Below, piece after piece: positions 48,168 to 57,870 of a stretch of 64,000 bases of DNA. Position numbers and translations under genes: made by a program. Each line of letters opens with the position of its first letter. Position 1 is the stretch's first letter. Under the pieces are notes generated by a model. It was not told the DNA's origin and ran no database searches. It was given only the letters and a program-made list of their open reading frames with translations. Origin of the DNA: Candidatus Velthaea sp. (GTDB lineage: Bacteria > Vulcanimicrobiota > Vulcanimicrobiia > Vulcanimicrobiales > Vulcanimicrobiaceae); NCBI GenBank assembly GCA_965214935.1, contig CBDCCS010000014.1:32001-96000 (forward strand). The letters run 5' to 3'.

Positions 48168-49610
48168 ATGGCAATCGAAATGAACGTCGCCTCCCCCGTT
48201 TTACCGGCCATGTCCGCGGACATCGTTGAAGATTATCGTCACGGTCAGCACGACTCCGAGGCGAACTATAAGTTCAAATCGGACAAGGGTCTGACGCGCG
48301 AAATGGTCGAGCGCATCTCGGATATGAAGGGCGAGCCCGAGTGGATGCGCACGTTCCGGCTCAAAGCATTCGACATTTTCCGCAGCAAGCCGATGCCGAC
48401 GTGGGGCGATACGGCGTTGCTCGAAGAGATCGACTTCGATAACATTCACTACTACGTGAAGTCGACCGAAGGCACCGAACGTTCGTGGGACGACGTCCCG
48501 GACGACATCAAGAAGACCTTCGACCGGCTTGGTATACCGGAAGCCGAACGCAAGTTTCTCAGCGGAGTTTCGGCACAGTATGAGTCGGAAGTGGTGTACC
48601 ACTCCGTCGTCGAGGCGCTCGAGAAAGACGGCGTCTTGTTTTGCGATATGGACACTGCGCTCAAACAGTATCCGGACATCCTCAAGAAGTATTTTGCAAC
48701 CATCATCCCGCCGGGCGACAATAAGTTCGCTGCGCTCAATAGTGCGGTTTGGTCGGGCGGATCGTTCGTCTATGTCCCCAAGGGCGTAACGGTTGCAATG
48801 CCGTTGCAGGCGTACTTCCGGATCAACACCGAGAACATGGGCCAATTCGAGCGCACGCTCATCATTGCCGATGAAGGCGCGAAAGTGCATTACATCGAGG
48901 GCTGTACGGCGCCGAAGTTTTCGACGTCTTCGCTTCACAGTGCCGTCGTTGAGATCATCGCGATGGAAGGCGCATCGGTGCGCTACACGACGATTCAAAA
49001 CTGGTACCGCAATATATTCAATCTGGTCACCAAGCGCGCCGTCGCGTACAAGAACGCGACCGTCGAGTGGGTCGACGGCAACATCGGCTCGCGGCTGACA
49101 ATGAAGTATCCGGCGATTTATTTAATGGGCGAAGGCGCGCGCGGAGAGGTTTTGTCGGCGGCGTTTGCCGGTGAAGGCCAGCATCAAGACGCCGGAGCCA
49201 AGATCATCCATGCAGCGCCCAATACGACGTCGGTCGTTACCAATAAGTCGGTCTCGGCGCACGGCGGCAAGACGACGTATCGCGGCTTGGTCGAGATTTT
49301 TCCGGGCGCCGTCGGGGCTAAAACACGCGTAAAGTGCGACGCACTCATCATGGACGAGCTTTCGGCCAGCGACACCAAACCGACGATGAAGGTCAACGAG
49401 CAGCGCTCGACCGTCGAGCACGAAGCCTCGGTTTCCAAGATCGGCGAAGAGCAGCTGTTTTATGCGATGAGCCGCGGACTGAGCGAAGCCGATGCAACGG
49501 CGATGATCGTCAACGGGTTCTTCGACTTCTTCGTCAAGGAGTTACCGATGGAGTATGCGGTCGAACTCAACCGCTTGATCAAAATGGAAATGGAAGGTTC
49601 GGTCGGGTAA
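48168..49610 (+). CDS. sufB: Fe-S cluster assembly protein SufB
   Basis: [47 protein letters not shown]; exact start uncertain (48168/48180). Confidence 0.96.
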   Translation: MAIEMNVASPVLPAMSADIVEDYRHGQHDSEANYKFKSDKGLTREMVERISDMKGEPEWMRTFRLKAFDIFRSKPMPTWGDTALLEEIDFDNIHYYVKSTEGTERSWDDVPDDIKKTFDRLGIPEAERKFLSGVSAQYESEVVYHSVVEALEKDGVLFCDMDTALKQYPDILKKYFATIIPPGDNKFAALNSAVWSGGSFVYVPKGVTVAMPLQAYFRINTENMGQFERTLIIADEGAKVHYIEGCTAPKFSTSSLHSAVVEIIAMEGASVRYTTIQNWYRNIFNLVTKRAVAYKNATVEWVDGNIGSRLTMKYPAIYLMGEGARGEVLSAAFAGEGQHQDAGAKIIHAAPNTTSVVTNKSVSAHGGKTTYRGLVEIFPGAVGAKTRVKCDALIMDELSASDTKPTMKVNEQRSTVEHEASVSKIGEEQLFYAMSRGLSEADATAMIVNGFFDFFVKELPMEYAVELNRLIKMEMEGSVG

Positions 49611-49624
49611 TTCGGCCGAGATTG

Positions 49625-49657
49625 AAAGCGGGCGCTCGTCGCCCGCTTTTTATATTT
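49625..49657 (+). terminator. Rho-independent terminator after sufB
   Basis: AAAGCGGGCG-CTCGT-CGCCCGCTTT followed by TTATATTT. Confidence 0.8.
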
Positions 49658-49659
49658 AC

Positions 49660-50064
49660 TTGGTTACCAACGTGCTGCGATTCAGTTTGACCCGTGCGCT
49701 CGTGCGTCGCCTTGCGTTAACTACCGGCATGGCGCTCATCATCGGCGCGGCCGTCAACGGCACCGTTTCACAACGCCGGTCCCGGGCGGACTACGCTCGG
49801 ACGCGCAGCGCAATCACGACGGAGATCTCGCGCTTCGAATCGCTGCTCGTCAACGGCGAGTCACGCACGCGGGCGGCGGCCGATCTTCATCGGGCGGGCG
49901 CAACACTCGCCTCGACGCAGGGAGACATCGTCATCACGGTCGTGCGCGAACTGAACGGCTCGTCGCAATGCCGGTCGCTCGCGGGGCAATTGCACGTGAG
50001 CGTCGATGCACGCAACCACGTCAGCGGCTGGAAGGCACCGGGGCTTGACGCGGAATGCGATTGA
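49660..50064 (+). CDS. Hypothetical exported protein
   Basis: N-terminal hydrophobic segment, Cys pair; fills the gap before the ferredoxin. Confidence 0.5.
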   Translation: MVTNVLRFSLTRALVRRLALTTGMALIIGAAVNGTVSQRRSRADYARTRSAITTEISRFESLLVNGESRTRAAADLHRAGATLASTQGDIVITVVRELNGSSQCRSLAGQLHVSVDARNHVSGWKAPGLDAECD

Positions 50065-50085
50065 AGCCGCGCGAAGGTTGCGCCA

Positions 50086-50394
50086 ATGGATACCAAGACG
50101 CCGGTCGCCAAGCTTTCCGATATTCCGACCGGCACCACGCAGCGTGTAGCGGTCGATGGACGTGACGTGCTGCTGTGCAACGTCGATGGTACGGTGTATG
50201 CCGTCGAGGACATTTGCACGCACGACGGCGGCGGTCTCGATACCGGCGAACTCGAGGGCTGCCGCATCATGTGCCCGCGGCACGGCGCATATTTCGACGT
50301 GACGACCGGCGCGGCGCTCACGTTGCCGGCAATTTTACCGCTTCCAACCTATGCCGTGAGGCTCGACGGGGACGACATCTTCGTCGACGCTTGA
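50086..50394 (+). CDS. Rieske-type [2Fe-2S] ferredoxin
   Basis: CTH...CPRHG Rieske ligands; FDVTTG. Confidence 0.92.
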   Translation: MDTKTPVAKLSDIPTGTTQRVAVDGRDVLLCNVDGTVYAVEDICTHDGGGLDTGELEGCRIMCPRHGAYFDVTTGAALTLPAILPLPTYAVRLDGDDIFVDA

Positions 50395-50405
50395 GCGCCC
50401 GGAGC

Positions 50406-50870
50406 TTAGGGTTTGATTGCGAGCAAGGTCACGTCAAAAACAAGCGTCGCATTCGGCGGAATGACGCCGCCTGCGCCGGTTGCGCCGTATCCTAAAGCAG
50501 GCGGGATGGTCAGGCGGCGCTTACCGCCGACGCGCATCGAGATCATGCCCTCATCCCAGCCTTTGATGACCTGACCGACGCCGATCGGCGTTTCAAACGG
50601 GTCGTTATTCCGTTTACTGGTGCTGTCGAAAACCGTTCCGTTCGTGAGTTTTCCCGTATACAGCACGCTGATCGTCTGACCGATCTTCGGCATCGGCCCT
50701 TTGCCGACGACGAGATCCGTATATTTCAAGCCGGACTTCGTCGTCACGCTTTTGCCTCCACCACTGGACGCGTGCATCTTCGCCGCAGGTGGCGGCGCAG
50801 CAAAAGCGGCTACCGGCTCGGCAAGCCCCGCCAAAACGGTCATGGCCACGGCGATACATAAACGTCTCAT
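50406..50870 (-). CDS. Exported FKBP-type peptidyl-prolyl isomerase
   Basis: SGLKYTDL, YTGKL..GTVFDS, VIKGWDEG, IPPALGYG; signal peptide from ATG 50870. Confidence 0.92.
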   Translation of the reverse strand: MRRLCIAVAMTVLAGLAEPVAAFAAPPPAAKMHASSGGGKSVTTKSGLKYTDLVVGKGPMPKIGQTISVLYTGKLTNGTVFDSTSKRNNDPFETPIGVGQVIKGWDEGMISMRVGGKRRLTIPPALGYGATGAGGVIPPNATLVFDVTLLAIKP

Positions 50871-50922
50871 CGCCTGCGCGCTTCGCTTCAAAGCGGCATA
50901 TGGCTTGCAATCGAACCGGAGG

Positions 50923-51156
50923 CTACGTCGCCTCGGATCCGCGGTGCTCGTCGGTCTGATCGTCGCGATTGGGATCTTCGTCGCTTTCACCGTACACGAC
51001 GTCGGGCGTCGTCGTCATTCCGGCGGCCTGCGCTTCGCGAAAGGACAGCGGTGCCGCGCTTTCCGCACGGGTGCGCAACTGCCGCGGCATGCCGGAATCG
51101 GGATGGTCGTCGACTTCACCCGGTAACGCATTCTTGTACTCCGAATCTGTATCCAT
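50923..51156 (-). CDS. Small acidic hypothetical protein
   Basis: 77-aa ORF filling the intergenic gap; no recognised motif. Confidence 0.45.
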   Translation of the reverse strand: MDTDSEYKNALPGEVDDHPDSGMPRQLRTRAESAAPLSFREAQAAGMTTTPDVVYGESDEDPNRDDQTDEHRGSEAT

Positions 51157-51254
51157 GAACCGGCGTGTACCCGGGGCACACGGGTTACGAACCGAAACCG
51201 CGCTTTACCGTTTGTCGAATGCCCGCACGCGCTTCGGGCGGCTACAATTACGGC

Positions 51255-52097
51255 ATGGCGACACGTCTGATGGTTTGCCCGCCCACGCATTTTTCGGTGA
51301 ACTACGATATCAATCCGTGGATGACGCGCAACGTCGGCTATTCCGCCCCCGATGCCGTGCGGCAATGGGACCGTCTCATGGAAACCTTCGCCGTCGCCGC
51401 AAACGTACAACTCGTGACGATGGAACCCGGCGAGCAAGTTCCCGATCTCGTGTTTACTGCGAACGCCGGTCTCATCTGCGGAAATCTTGCAATCTTATCC
51501 AGCTTCCGGTATCCCGAACGCCGTCGCGAGCAGGGTCAATATCGCGTCCACCTCGCCAAAGCCGGATTTGCCACAACATATTTGCAGCAAACATATTTCG
51601 AGGGCGCGGGCGACGCGATCTTCGATCGCGTTCGGCCGATCTTGTATGCCGGTTACGGCTGGCGCAGCGAACGCAATGCAACGCTGCAATTGCAAGAACT
51701 CGTCGGTTGCCGCGTGATGCCGCTCTTGCTCGTCGACGAGCGCTTCTATCACTTGGATATGGCGCTTTGTTCGCTCTCATCCGGTCACGTCATGGTCTAC
51801 ATGGACGCACTGAGTCCGCACGCGCAGACGCAATTGCGGCGTACGATCGATCCCGGCTATCTCATTGAAATCGGCATCGACGATGCGCTTTCTTTTGCCT
51901 GCAACAGCGTCGAACTCGACGATGCGATCGTGATGCACGCATGTACGCGCAATTTGCGCGAACGTCTCAATCATGCCGGCTACCGCGTCTTTCAAACCGA
52001 ACTCGACGAGTTCCATAAAGCCGGCGGCAGCGTCAAAAGCCTTACCCTCAAACTCGACGATGGTCCGGCGATTGGAATCGCCGCCGCGTCGGCGTAA
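51255..52097 (+). CDS. Amidinotransferase/DDAH (pentein) family protein, catalytic Cys replaced by Ser
   Basis: MVCPPTHF, INPWM, PDLVFTAN, FEGAGD, FYHLD; GGSVKSL where the family has GGxxKCL. Confidence 0.85.
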   Translation: MATRLMVCPPTHFSVNYDINPWMTRNVGYSAPDAVRQWDRLMETFAVAANVQLVTMEPGEQVPDLVFTANAGLICGNLAILSSFRYPERRREQGQYRVHLAKAGFATTYLQQTYFEGAGDAIFDRVRPILYAGYGWRSERNATLQLQELVGCRVMPLLLVDERFYHLDMALCSLSSGHVMVYMDALSPHAQTQLRRTIDPGYLIEIGIDDALSFACNSVELDDAIVMHACTRNLRERLNHAGYRVFQTELDEFHKAGGSVKSLTLKLDDGPAIGIAAASA

Positions 52098-52129
52098 GCC
52101 GCTTCATTCGCAGCGAACGCCGGCCCTAC

Positions 52130-52180
52130 AATCGGCCATGCCGAGCCCCCGAGGGAGCTCGCACGGCCGATTTTCTTTTG
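52130..52180 (+). terminator. Rho-independent terminator
   Basis: AATCGGCC...CGAGC...GCTCG...GGCCGATT followed by TTCTTTTG. Confidence 0.7.
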
Positions 52181-52346
52181 CAACCACCCATCCAACAACA
52201 GAACCAAACCGGCCCTGCCTGCCAAACCCCCGCGTCAATCGCCCAGTACTCCCATCGTGCCGAAGGGGCGGGGCGGACCGGCAGGACCTCACGAGGAGGC
52301 GCGAAGCCCGGAGGGCGCCTTCCCGCCCCACCGACCCCTAAAACGA

Positions 52347-52376
52347 TTGACGCCGAACCAAAAGATCTGATAACCT
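52347..52376 (+). promoter_or_regulatory. Promoter of rplU (near-leaderless)
   Basis: TTGACG-18-TAACCT with upstream TG; ATG 9 nt after the -10; no SD. Confidence 0.55.
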
Positions 52377-52385
52377 TCCAAAGTT

Positions 52386-52703
52386 ATGTACGCGATCATC
52401 GAAACCGGCGGCAAACAGCTGCGCGTCGCCGAAGGCGACATCATACGAACCGATCTGCTTGAAGCCGAAGTCGGCTCGACCGTCACCTTCGATCGCGTGT
52501 TGCTCGGGTCGAACGGCAGCGGAACGCTCGCGGTCGGCAGCCCGGCCGTTGCCGGTGCGACCGTTTCGGGCAAAGTGTTGCGTCAAGCCAAAGACAAGAA
52601 GATTCTGGTCTTCAAATACAAGCCGAAGAAGCGCGTGCGCAAGCTCGTAGGTCATCGCCAGCACTTTGCGGAGATCCGGATCGAAAAAATCGAGCTGCCG
52701 TAG
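52386..52703 (+). CDS. rplU: 50S ribosomal protein L21
   Basis: MYAIIETGGKQ...KILVFKYKPKK...GHRQ. Confidence 0.97.
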   Translation: MYAIIETGGKQLRVAEGDIIRTDLLEAEVGSTVTFDRVLLGSNGSGTLAVGSPAVAGATVSGKVLRQAKDKKILVFKYKPKKRVRKLVGHRQHFAEIRIEKIELP

Positions 52704-52706
52704 CAA

Positions 52707-53075
52707 ATGCTCGGCGTTGTTTTTCGTAGAGACAGCCGGCAACGGCTGTCTTCTGTTTTTGCGCACGGGCATGCGGAGGCCGGCGTTGCCGGTGACGACA
52801 TCGTGTGTGCCGCCGCCTCGGCGATTCTGCAAGCTGCAGAATTGGGCTTAAGCCGCTACGCCGAGCTTCCCGGCTTAACGCTGCGCGCCGATGCCGAGAT
52901 GCGGCTTGCGCTGCCGGTCGCGGTACGCGATCGTGAGGATGTCAAGGCCATCGTCGCGACCGCCGAGCTGGCAATCGAACAGCTCGCCTGGCAGTTCCCC
53001 GTCAACGTTCGCATCACGCGCGAGCAAGAACCGGATGACTTCGAGCGTGACGTAGAGTTTTTGGGCAGCCGATAG
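52707..53075 (+). CDS. prp: Ribosomal-processing cysteine protease Prp (YsxB)
   Basis: GHA...DIVCAAAS catalytic His/Cys; position after rplU. Confidence 0.85.
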   Translation: MLGVVFRRDSRQRLSSVFAHGHAEAGVAGDDIVCAAASAILQAAELGLSRYAELPGLTLRADAEMRLALPVAVRDREDVKAIVATAELAIEQLAWQFPVNVRITREQEPDDFERDVEFLGSR

Positions 53076-53093
53076 TCGAACGGTGGAGGCACG

Positions 53094-53321
53094 ATGACGG
53101 ACACCAATACGACGTTGCAACAGCCTAAAAGCACGAACTCTCTGGCGCAGGGAGATGCCGGACGCACGGTGCTCGTCGGGGTGCTCGGCGGAATTATCTC
53201 GGCCGCCGGTTACCTTGTGTATCAACGGCTGCCGGATGACCAGCGGGACCGTCTTCACCGGCAAGTTCGCGGTTTGCTTGAGTCACGCCTGAACGATATC
53301 CGGCAAAACTTCAACATTTAG
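53094..53321 (+). CDS. Small single-TM hypothetical protein
   Basis: GGAGG RBS; TM VLVGVLGGIISAAGYLVY followed by a charged helix. Confidence 0.65.
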   Translation: MTDTNTTLQQPKSTNSLAQGDAGRTVLVGVLGGIISAAGYLVYQRLPDDQRDRLHRQVRGLLESRLNDIRQNFNI

Positions 53322-53350
53322 AGAACTGGCTCGGCCGGCATTGGGCACCG

Positions 53351-53902
53351 GTGCACGTCGTGCGCTGGTGCCTGACGTTCGTAGTTGCGGCTGTATTTGC
53401 GTTCGGCAGCCCGCGCGCCGCGCGTGCCGACGCGTTGACGCTCGTCAACCTGTATGCAGCCACCCTCGAGCGCTTCGACACACGGCTTGACGACCGGCAC
53501 GCGACGCGCTTTGCGTTCCGTACCGTCGCAGAGTCGTCGGCTTACGGACTCGACGCGCGGCTTGTCGTCGCCCTCGTTGCCGTCGAGTCGAGCTGGAACC
53601 CGCGCGCCGTTTCGCCGGCCGGAGCGCATGGATTCGGTCAGCTCATGCCCGGTACGGCCGCCGGTCTCGGGGTCGATCCCGACGATCCGGACGCGAACCT
53701 CGATGGCACGATCCGCCACTTGTGCGGTTTACTCGAACACTACGCGCATTTGCCCGCGCAAGCGCGCTTCGAACGTTCGATTGCAGCGTATAACGCCGGG
53801 GCCGGCGCCGTCGATCGGTATAACGGCATACCGCCGTACGCCGAGACGCAGACATACGTCCGGCGTGTTATCGCTTTATGGCGCCGGCTCGCCGGAGTGT
53901 AA
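53351..53902 (+). CDS. Lytic transglycosylase (SLT domain)
   Basis: AVESSW catalytic Glu, GQLMP, AAYNAG, GIPPYAETQTYV. Confidence 0.9.
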   Translation: MHVVRWCLTFVVAAVFAFGSPRAARADALTLVNLYAATLERFDTRLDDRHATRFAFRTVAESSAYGLDARLVVALVAVESSWNPRAVSPAGAHGFGQLMPGTAAGLGVDPDDPDANLDGTIRHLCGLLEHYAHLPAQARFERSIAAYNAGAGAVDRYNGIPPYAETQTYVRRVIALWRRLAGV

Positions 53903-54166
53903 GTGACCGTCGTGCGCGGCAGCGGCAGCGGCGCCCGGATGCGGTCCGAGCGCTGCTTCTTTCGTAACTAATTCGTGCGGCGCGGGGATCGGTGTTTCGG
54001 TGTAGACCGGTGCGGCGACCGATACATCGGCGAGCGGCGGGTAATGCGGAGCGACGTACGGAGGTGCAACGTATGGAGTCGCCTCGGGCGAAGCGTCGGC
54101 GGCACGTTCCATCTCGCGAATGAACGATTGCGACGTATTCTGAACGTCGCGCACCAGTTGGCCCGC
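53876..54166 (-). pseudogene. C-terminal fragment of a TatA/TatB-like protein (N-terminus lost at junction)
   Basis: AGQLVRDVQNTSQSFIREMERAAD amphipathic helix plus Pro/Ala-rich tail; TM and FGPxxLP are missing. Confidence 0.5.
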
Positions 54167-54421
54167 GCGATGCCTGCAGGTATTGTGGAAGCCGCGCAGC
54201 ACTCCGTCCTCTCCCCGCACCAGCAGCACCGACTGATCGCCGAGCTCGAAGCTGCGATACGCGCGGGCACCGGCGACCTCGGTTCCGCGGCACACGTACA
54301 CCCAGTTGCGGTTCCAGATCAGCCGCAGCTCACGGTCGTAGCGCCCTGGATCAAAATACGCCTCGACCGCGAGCCCCGCGGCGTGCGCCGTCAAGCCGTT
54401 GTAGCCCTCAGACAAGGTCAT
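54167..54421 (-). pseudogene. N-terminal fragment of a Rieske oxygenase alpha subunit
   Basis: YFDP..Y.RE...IW.RNWVY...VLLVRGEDG.LRGFHNTCRHR then unrelated sequence; second Rieske half-motif and catalytic domain absent. Confidence 0.8.
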
Positions 54422-54433
54422 GGGTCAGTAGCC

Positions 54434-56851
54434 TCACGCCCGCATCAGCGCGCCGCTGGGGTCGAACGCGGCGTCCGTCAACGGCGTCGCCCGGTGTCGC
54501 TCGCCGATGATTTCGATTTCGAATCCGGACCCTCCGGCCGCGGCCGCAACGGCCGCAGGCACGTATCCCAGGGCCAGCGAGGCGCCCACGCGGTGTCCGA
54601 AGGCGCCGGAGGTCACCCAACCGACCACCCTGCCGTCGTGCCAGATCGGCTCGTCGCCCAACGCGTCGGCATCGGTGGTCTCGATGCGGAAACCCAGCAA
54701 TTGCAGCGCACCGCCGCTCTCCTTCTCCTCCGCTGCGGCCGCGCGGCCGATGAACGACTCCTTCTTCAGGTCGACGAAGCGGCCCAGTCCGGCTTCGTAG
54801 GGTCCGTAGATCGGCCGGTATTCCCGCGCCCACGTGCCGAAACCTTTCTCGAGGCGCATGGCGTTCAAGGCACGCCCGCCGAACGGGCGCAGCCCGAACT
54901 CGCGTCCCGCCTTCACCAGCGAGTCGTACAGCGCGCGCTGGTAATCCGTGGTCACCCACATCTCGTAGCCCAGGCCGCCGGTGAACGACACGCGTCCCAC
55001 GTAGGCCGGAACCATCCCGACGTTCATGCGCCGAAACGACAGGAAGGGAAACGCGGCGCTGGAGAGATCTTCGCGCACCAGGGTTTGCAGCAGGGCGCGC
55101 GACTGTGGTCCGGCCACCGACAGGCCGACGTATTCCATCGCGCACGGCCGCACCGTCACGCCGCCCGGCGGCAGATGCCGCTCGAACCACCGCAGGTAGT
55201 AGGTTTCCGCGGCATAGGTGCCGATGAGGAACACATGATCGTCCGCGACGCGGCACATGGTGAAATCGCCGATCAGCTTGCCACGGTCGTTCAGCATCGG
55301 ACTCAGCGCGATCCGGCCGACCTTCGGTACGCGGTTGGCCATGATCGTCGACAGCCATTCGGCCGTCCCCGGACCCCTGATCTCGAACTTGCCGTAGTTC
55401 GAGATCTCCAGCAGACCGACGGTGTCGCGCACGGCGGCGCACTCCGCACCGACATGGGGGTGCGCATTCGACCGGCGGAAACTCACGTGGTCCACCGCCT
55501 CCGGCCCCGAGGGTGCGAACCACAACGGGTGCTCGAGGCCGCAATACGCGCCGAACACCGCATGTTCCGCGGCGAGTTTGTCGTAGATCGGCGTGGTGCG
55601 AAACGGCCGCGCCGCTGTCAGTTCCTCGTTGGGGAATTGAATGCTGAAGCGCCGCGAGTAGTTCTCGCGCACCTTCGCGTTGGTGTACGCCAACGTCGCC
55701 CAGTCGCCGTAACGCGCGACGTCCATGCCCCAGACGTCGGCGCCCGGGTCGCCGTCCACCATCCAGTGCGACAGGGCGAGGCCGACACCGCCGCCCTGGC
55801 TGAATCCCGCCATCACGCCGCACGCGACCCAGAAATTATGCAGGCCCTTGACGGGACCGATCAGCGGGTTGCCGTCGGGTGCGAAGGTGAACGGACCGTT
55901 CACCACTTTCTTGATGCCGGCCGCCTCCAGCGACGGAAAATGCTGGAAGCCGACCTCGAGGCTCGGCGCAATCCGCTCCAGGTCGTTCGCCAGCAGGTCC
56001 TGGCCGAAGTCCCACGGCGTCGTCACTTCCGACCAGGGCACGCCGGCGCGCTCGTAGGTGCCCATCAGCATGCCGCCGCGTTCCTGACGGATGTAGATCT
56101 CACCTTCGAAATCGATGGCGTGCAGCTGCTCCTTTTTGCCGGCCAGTTCCGGCATGTCGCCGGTGATGAGGTACTGATGCTCCATGGCGAGAATGGGCAG
56201 CTCCAGGCCGACCATGCGTCCGACCTCGCGGGCCCACAACCCGGCGGCGTTGACCACGTGTTCGGCATGGACGTTGCCGCCGTCGGTGATGACAGTCCAC
56301 GTGCCGTCGGAGCGCTGGGCGAGGTCGGTGACCCGGGTATGCCGCACGATCTCCGCCCCGCCGATCTGTGCGGATTTCGCATAGGCGTGGGTGACGCCGT
56401 AGGGGTCGACGTGTCCCTCGATCGGGTCGTACATCGCCCCCTTGAAATGCTTCTTGTCCATGAGCGGAAACAGCTTCGCGGCCTCGTCGACGGAGATGAT
56501 CTCCAGATCCATGCCGAGGTAGCGCCCGCGCGCCTTGGCCATCTTCAGCCAGTCGAGACGCTCCTGCGTGCCCGCCAGCATGATGCCACCGGTTATGTGC
56601 ACCCCGCAGGATTGTCCCGATATCCGCTCGATCTCCTGGTACAAGCCAATCGTGTATTGCTGGAGCTTGGCGACGTTCGGATCGCCGTTGACGGTGTGCA
56701 TGCCGCCGGCGGCATGCCAGGTCGAACCCGACGTCAGTTCGGCGCGCTCGATCAACAGCACGTCCTTCCAGCCGGCCTTGGTCAGGTGGTACAACACGCT
56801 GGCGCCGACCACGCCACCACCGATCACCACCACCTTCGCGTGGCTCTTCAT
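54434..56851 (-). CDS. GcvT-family FAD amine demethylase (dimethylglycine dehydrogenase-like)
   Basis: IGGGVVG, LTSGSTWHAAG, FAPDGNP, RVSFTG.LGYE, MRLEKG. Confidence 0.9.
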   Translation of the reverse strand: MKSHAKVVVIGGGVVGASVLYHLTKAGWKDVLLIERAELTSGSTWHAAGGMHTVNGDPNVAKLQQYTIGLYQEIERISGQSCGVHITGGIMLAGTQERLDWLKMAKARGRYLGMDLEIISVDEAAKLFPLMDKKHFKGAMYDPIEGHVDPYGVTHAYAKSAQIGGAEIVRHTRVTDLAQRSDGTWTVITDGGNVHAEHVVNAAGLWAREVGRMVGLELPILAMEHQYLITGDMPELAGKKEQLHAIDFEGEIYIRQERGGMLMGTYERAGVPWSEVTTPWDFGQDLLANDLERIAPSLEVGFQHFPSLEAAGIKKVVNGPFTFAPDGNPLIGPVKGLHNFWVACGVMAGFSQGGGVGLALSHWMVDGDPGADVWGMDVARYGDWATLAYTNAKVRENYSRRFSIQFPNEELTAARPFRTTPIYDKLAAEHAVFGAYCGLEHPLWFAPSGPEAVDHVSFRRSNAHPHVGAECAAVRDTVGLLEISNYGKFEIRGPGTAEWLSTIMANRVPKVGRIALSPMLNDRGKLIGDFTMCRVADDHVFLIGTYAAETYYLRWFERHLPPGGVTVRPCAMEYVGLSVAGPQSRALLQTLVREDLSSAAFPFLSFRRMNVGMVPAYVGRVSFTGGLGYEMWVTTDYQRALYDSLVKAGREFGLRPFGGRALNAMRLEKGFGTWAREYRPIYGPYEAGLGRFVDLKKESFIGRAAAAEEKESGGALQLLGFRIETTDADALGDEPIWHDGRVVGWVTSGAFGHRVGASLALGYVPAAVAAAAGGSGFEIEIIGERHRATPLTDAAFDPSGALMRA

Positions 56852-56896
56852 AACATCTCCAGATGCAGCAGTGAAAAATTCTTCCCGGGCCCTGCG

Positions 56897-57862
56897 TCAC
56901 TCATTGGACACCGCCAGATGCATTCCCGGCAGGGACCGGCCCAGTCCGGTGCCGAAGCGTTCGATCAACCAGGAGCGAAACAGCGCGATCGCGGTGTCGC
57001 TCAGGGCATCGGGATGGGTGATGAGGTAATAGCCGTAACCGTCGTCCAGGCTGTCCTCGAACGGCCGTACCAGCCGGCCGGTGCGGATGTAGTCCTCGAA
57101 CAGGTAATTGTCCACGAGCGCGATGCCTTCGCCGCTCAGCGCGTACTGGACCGCCAGGACCGCCGTGTCGAACACCAGCCCGCGTTCGACGTTCACGTCC
57201 GTCACGTTGGCATGGCGCACGAACTGCGACCACAGGTGATGCCGTGGCAGATCGGCGATCCGGACGTGCACCAGTTCGTTGCCGGCAATGAATGCCGCGA
57301 GATCCTGGCCCTCGCAGCGGGCCGCGACGCTTGGGTGACACAGCATGCTCAATGTGACCGGCCACAACAAGTCGGTGACCAGGTCCGTCACCGTCGGTTT
57401 CGAATACACCACGGCGACGTCGACGTCGCCGGGCGGCGGTCCGACTCCGTAGGGACTCACCAGATCGATCTCGACCTCGGCGGCAGCCCGGCGGAAGTCA
57501 CGCAGGATCGGCACCGCCAGATGCACCGCGAAACTCGGCGGCATCTGCACCCGCAGGGTGCGCACGCTGGTCGCGCCGTCGTTGCGGATGTCGTCCAGCG
57601 CATATTCCAGGCGGTCGAAGGATTTGATGACCGCCGGCAGCAGCAGCTGGCCTGCCTTTGTCAACACCAGGGCGTGGGGCCGGCGTTCGAATAATTGCGC
57701 ACCGATGAGCTTTTCGAGCGCGATGACGTGTCGCGACAGCGCACTCTGGGAGATCAACAGCGCGTTGGCGGCGGCGGTGAAACTCAGGTGCTTGGCGACC
57801 CCCTCGAAGGCGCGCAGCGCGTTCAGGGGCAGCCAGCGGCGGTCGATGCTCGTCTTTCCCAT
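56897..57862 (-). CDS. LysR-family regulator (GcvA-like)
   Basis: LPLNALRAFE...LSFTAAA..L.ISQSALSRHV..LE; start ATG 57862. Confidence 0.92.
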   Translation of the reverse strand: MGKTSIDRRWLPLNALRAFEGVAKHLSFTAAANALLISQSALSRHVIALEKLIGAQLFERRPHALVLTKAGQLLLPAVIKSFDRLEYALDDIRNDGATSVRTLRVQMPPSFAVHLAVPILRDFRRAAAEVEIDLVSPYGVGPPPGDVDVAVVYSKPTVTDLVTDLLWPVTLSMLCHPSVAARCEGQDLAAFIAGNELVHVRIADLPRHHLWSQFVRHANVTDVNVERGLVFDTAVLAVQYALSGEGIALVDNYLFEDYIRTGRLVRPFEDSLDDGYGYYLITHPDALSDTAIALFRSWLIERFGTGLGRSLPGMHLAVSNE

Positions 57863-57870
57863 GCGAACCG

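Noticed and set aside
53975..57694. 1239-aa plus-strand ORF
   Set aside because: Antisense shadow of the DMGDH-like and LysR genes in high-GC DNA; no motifs, and it crosses the junction
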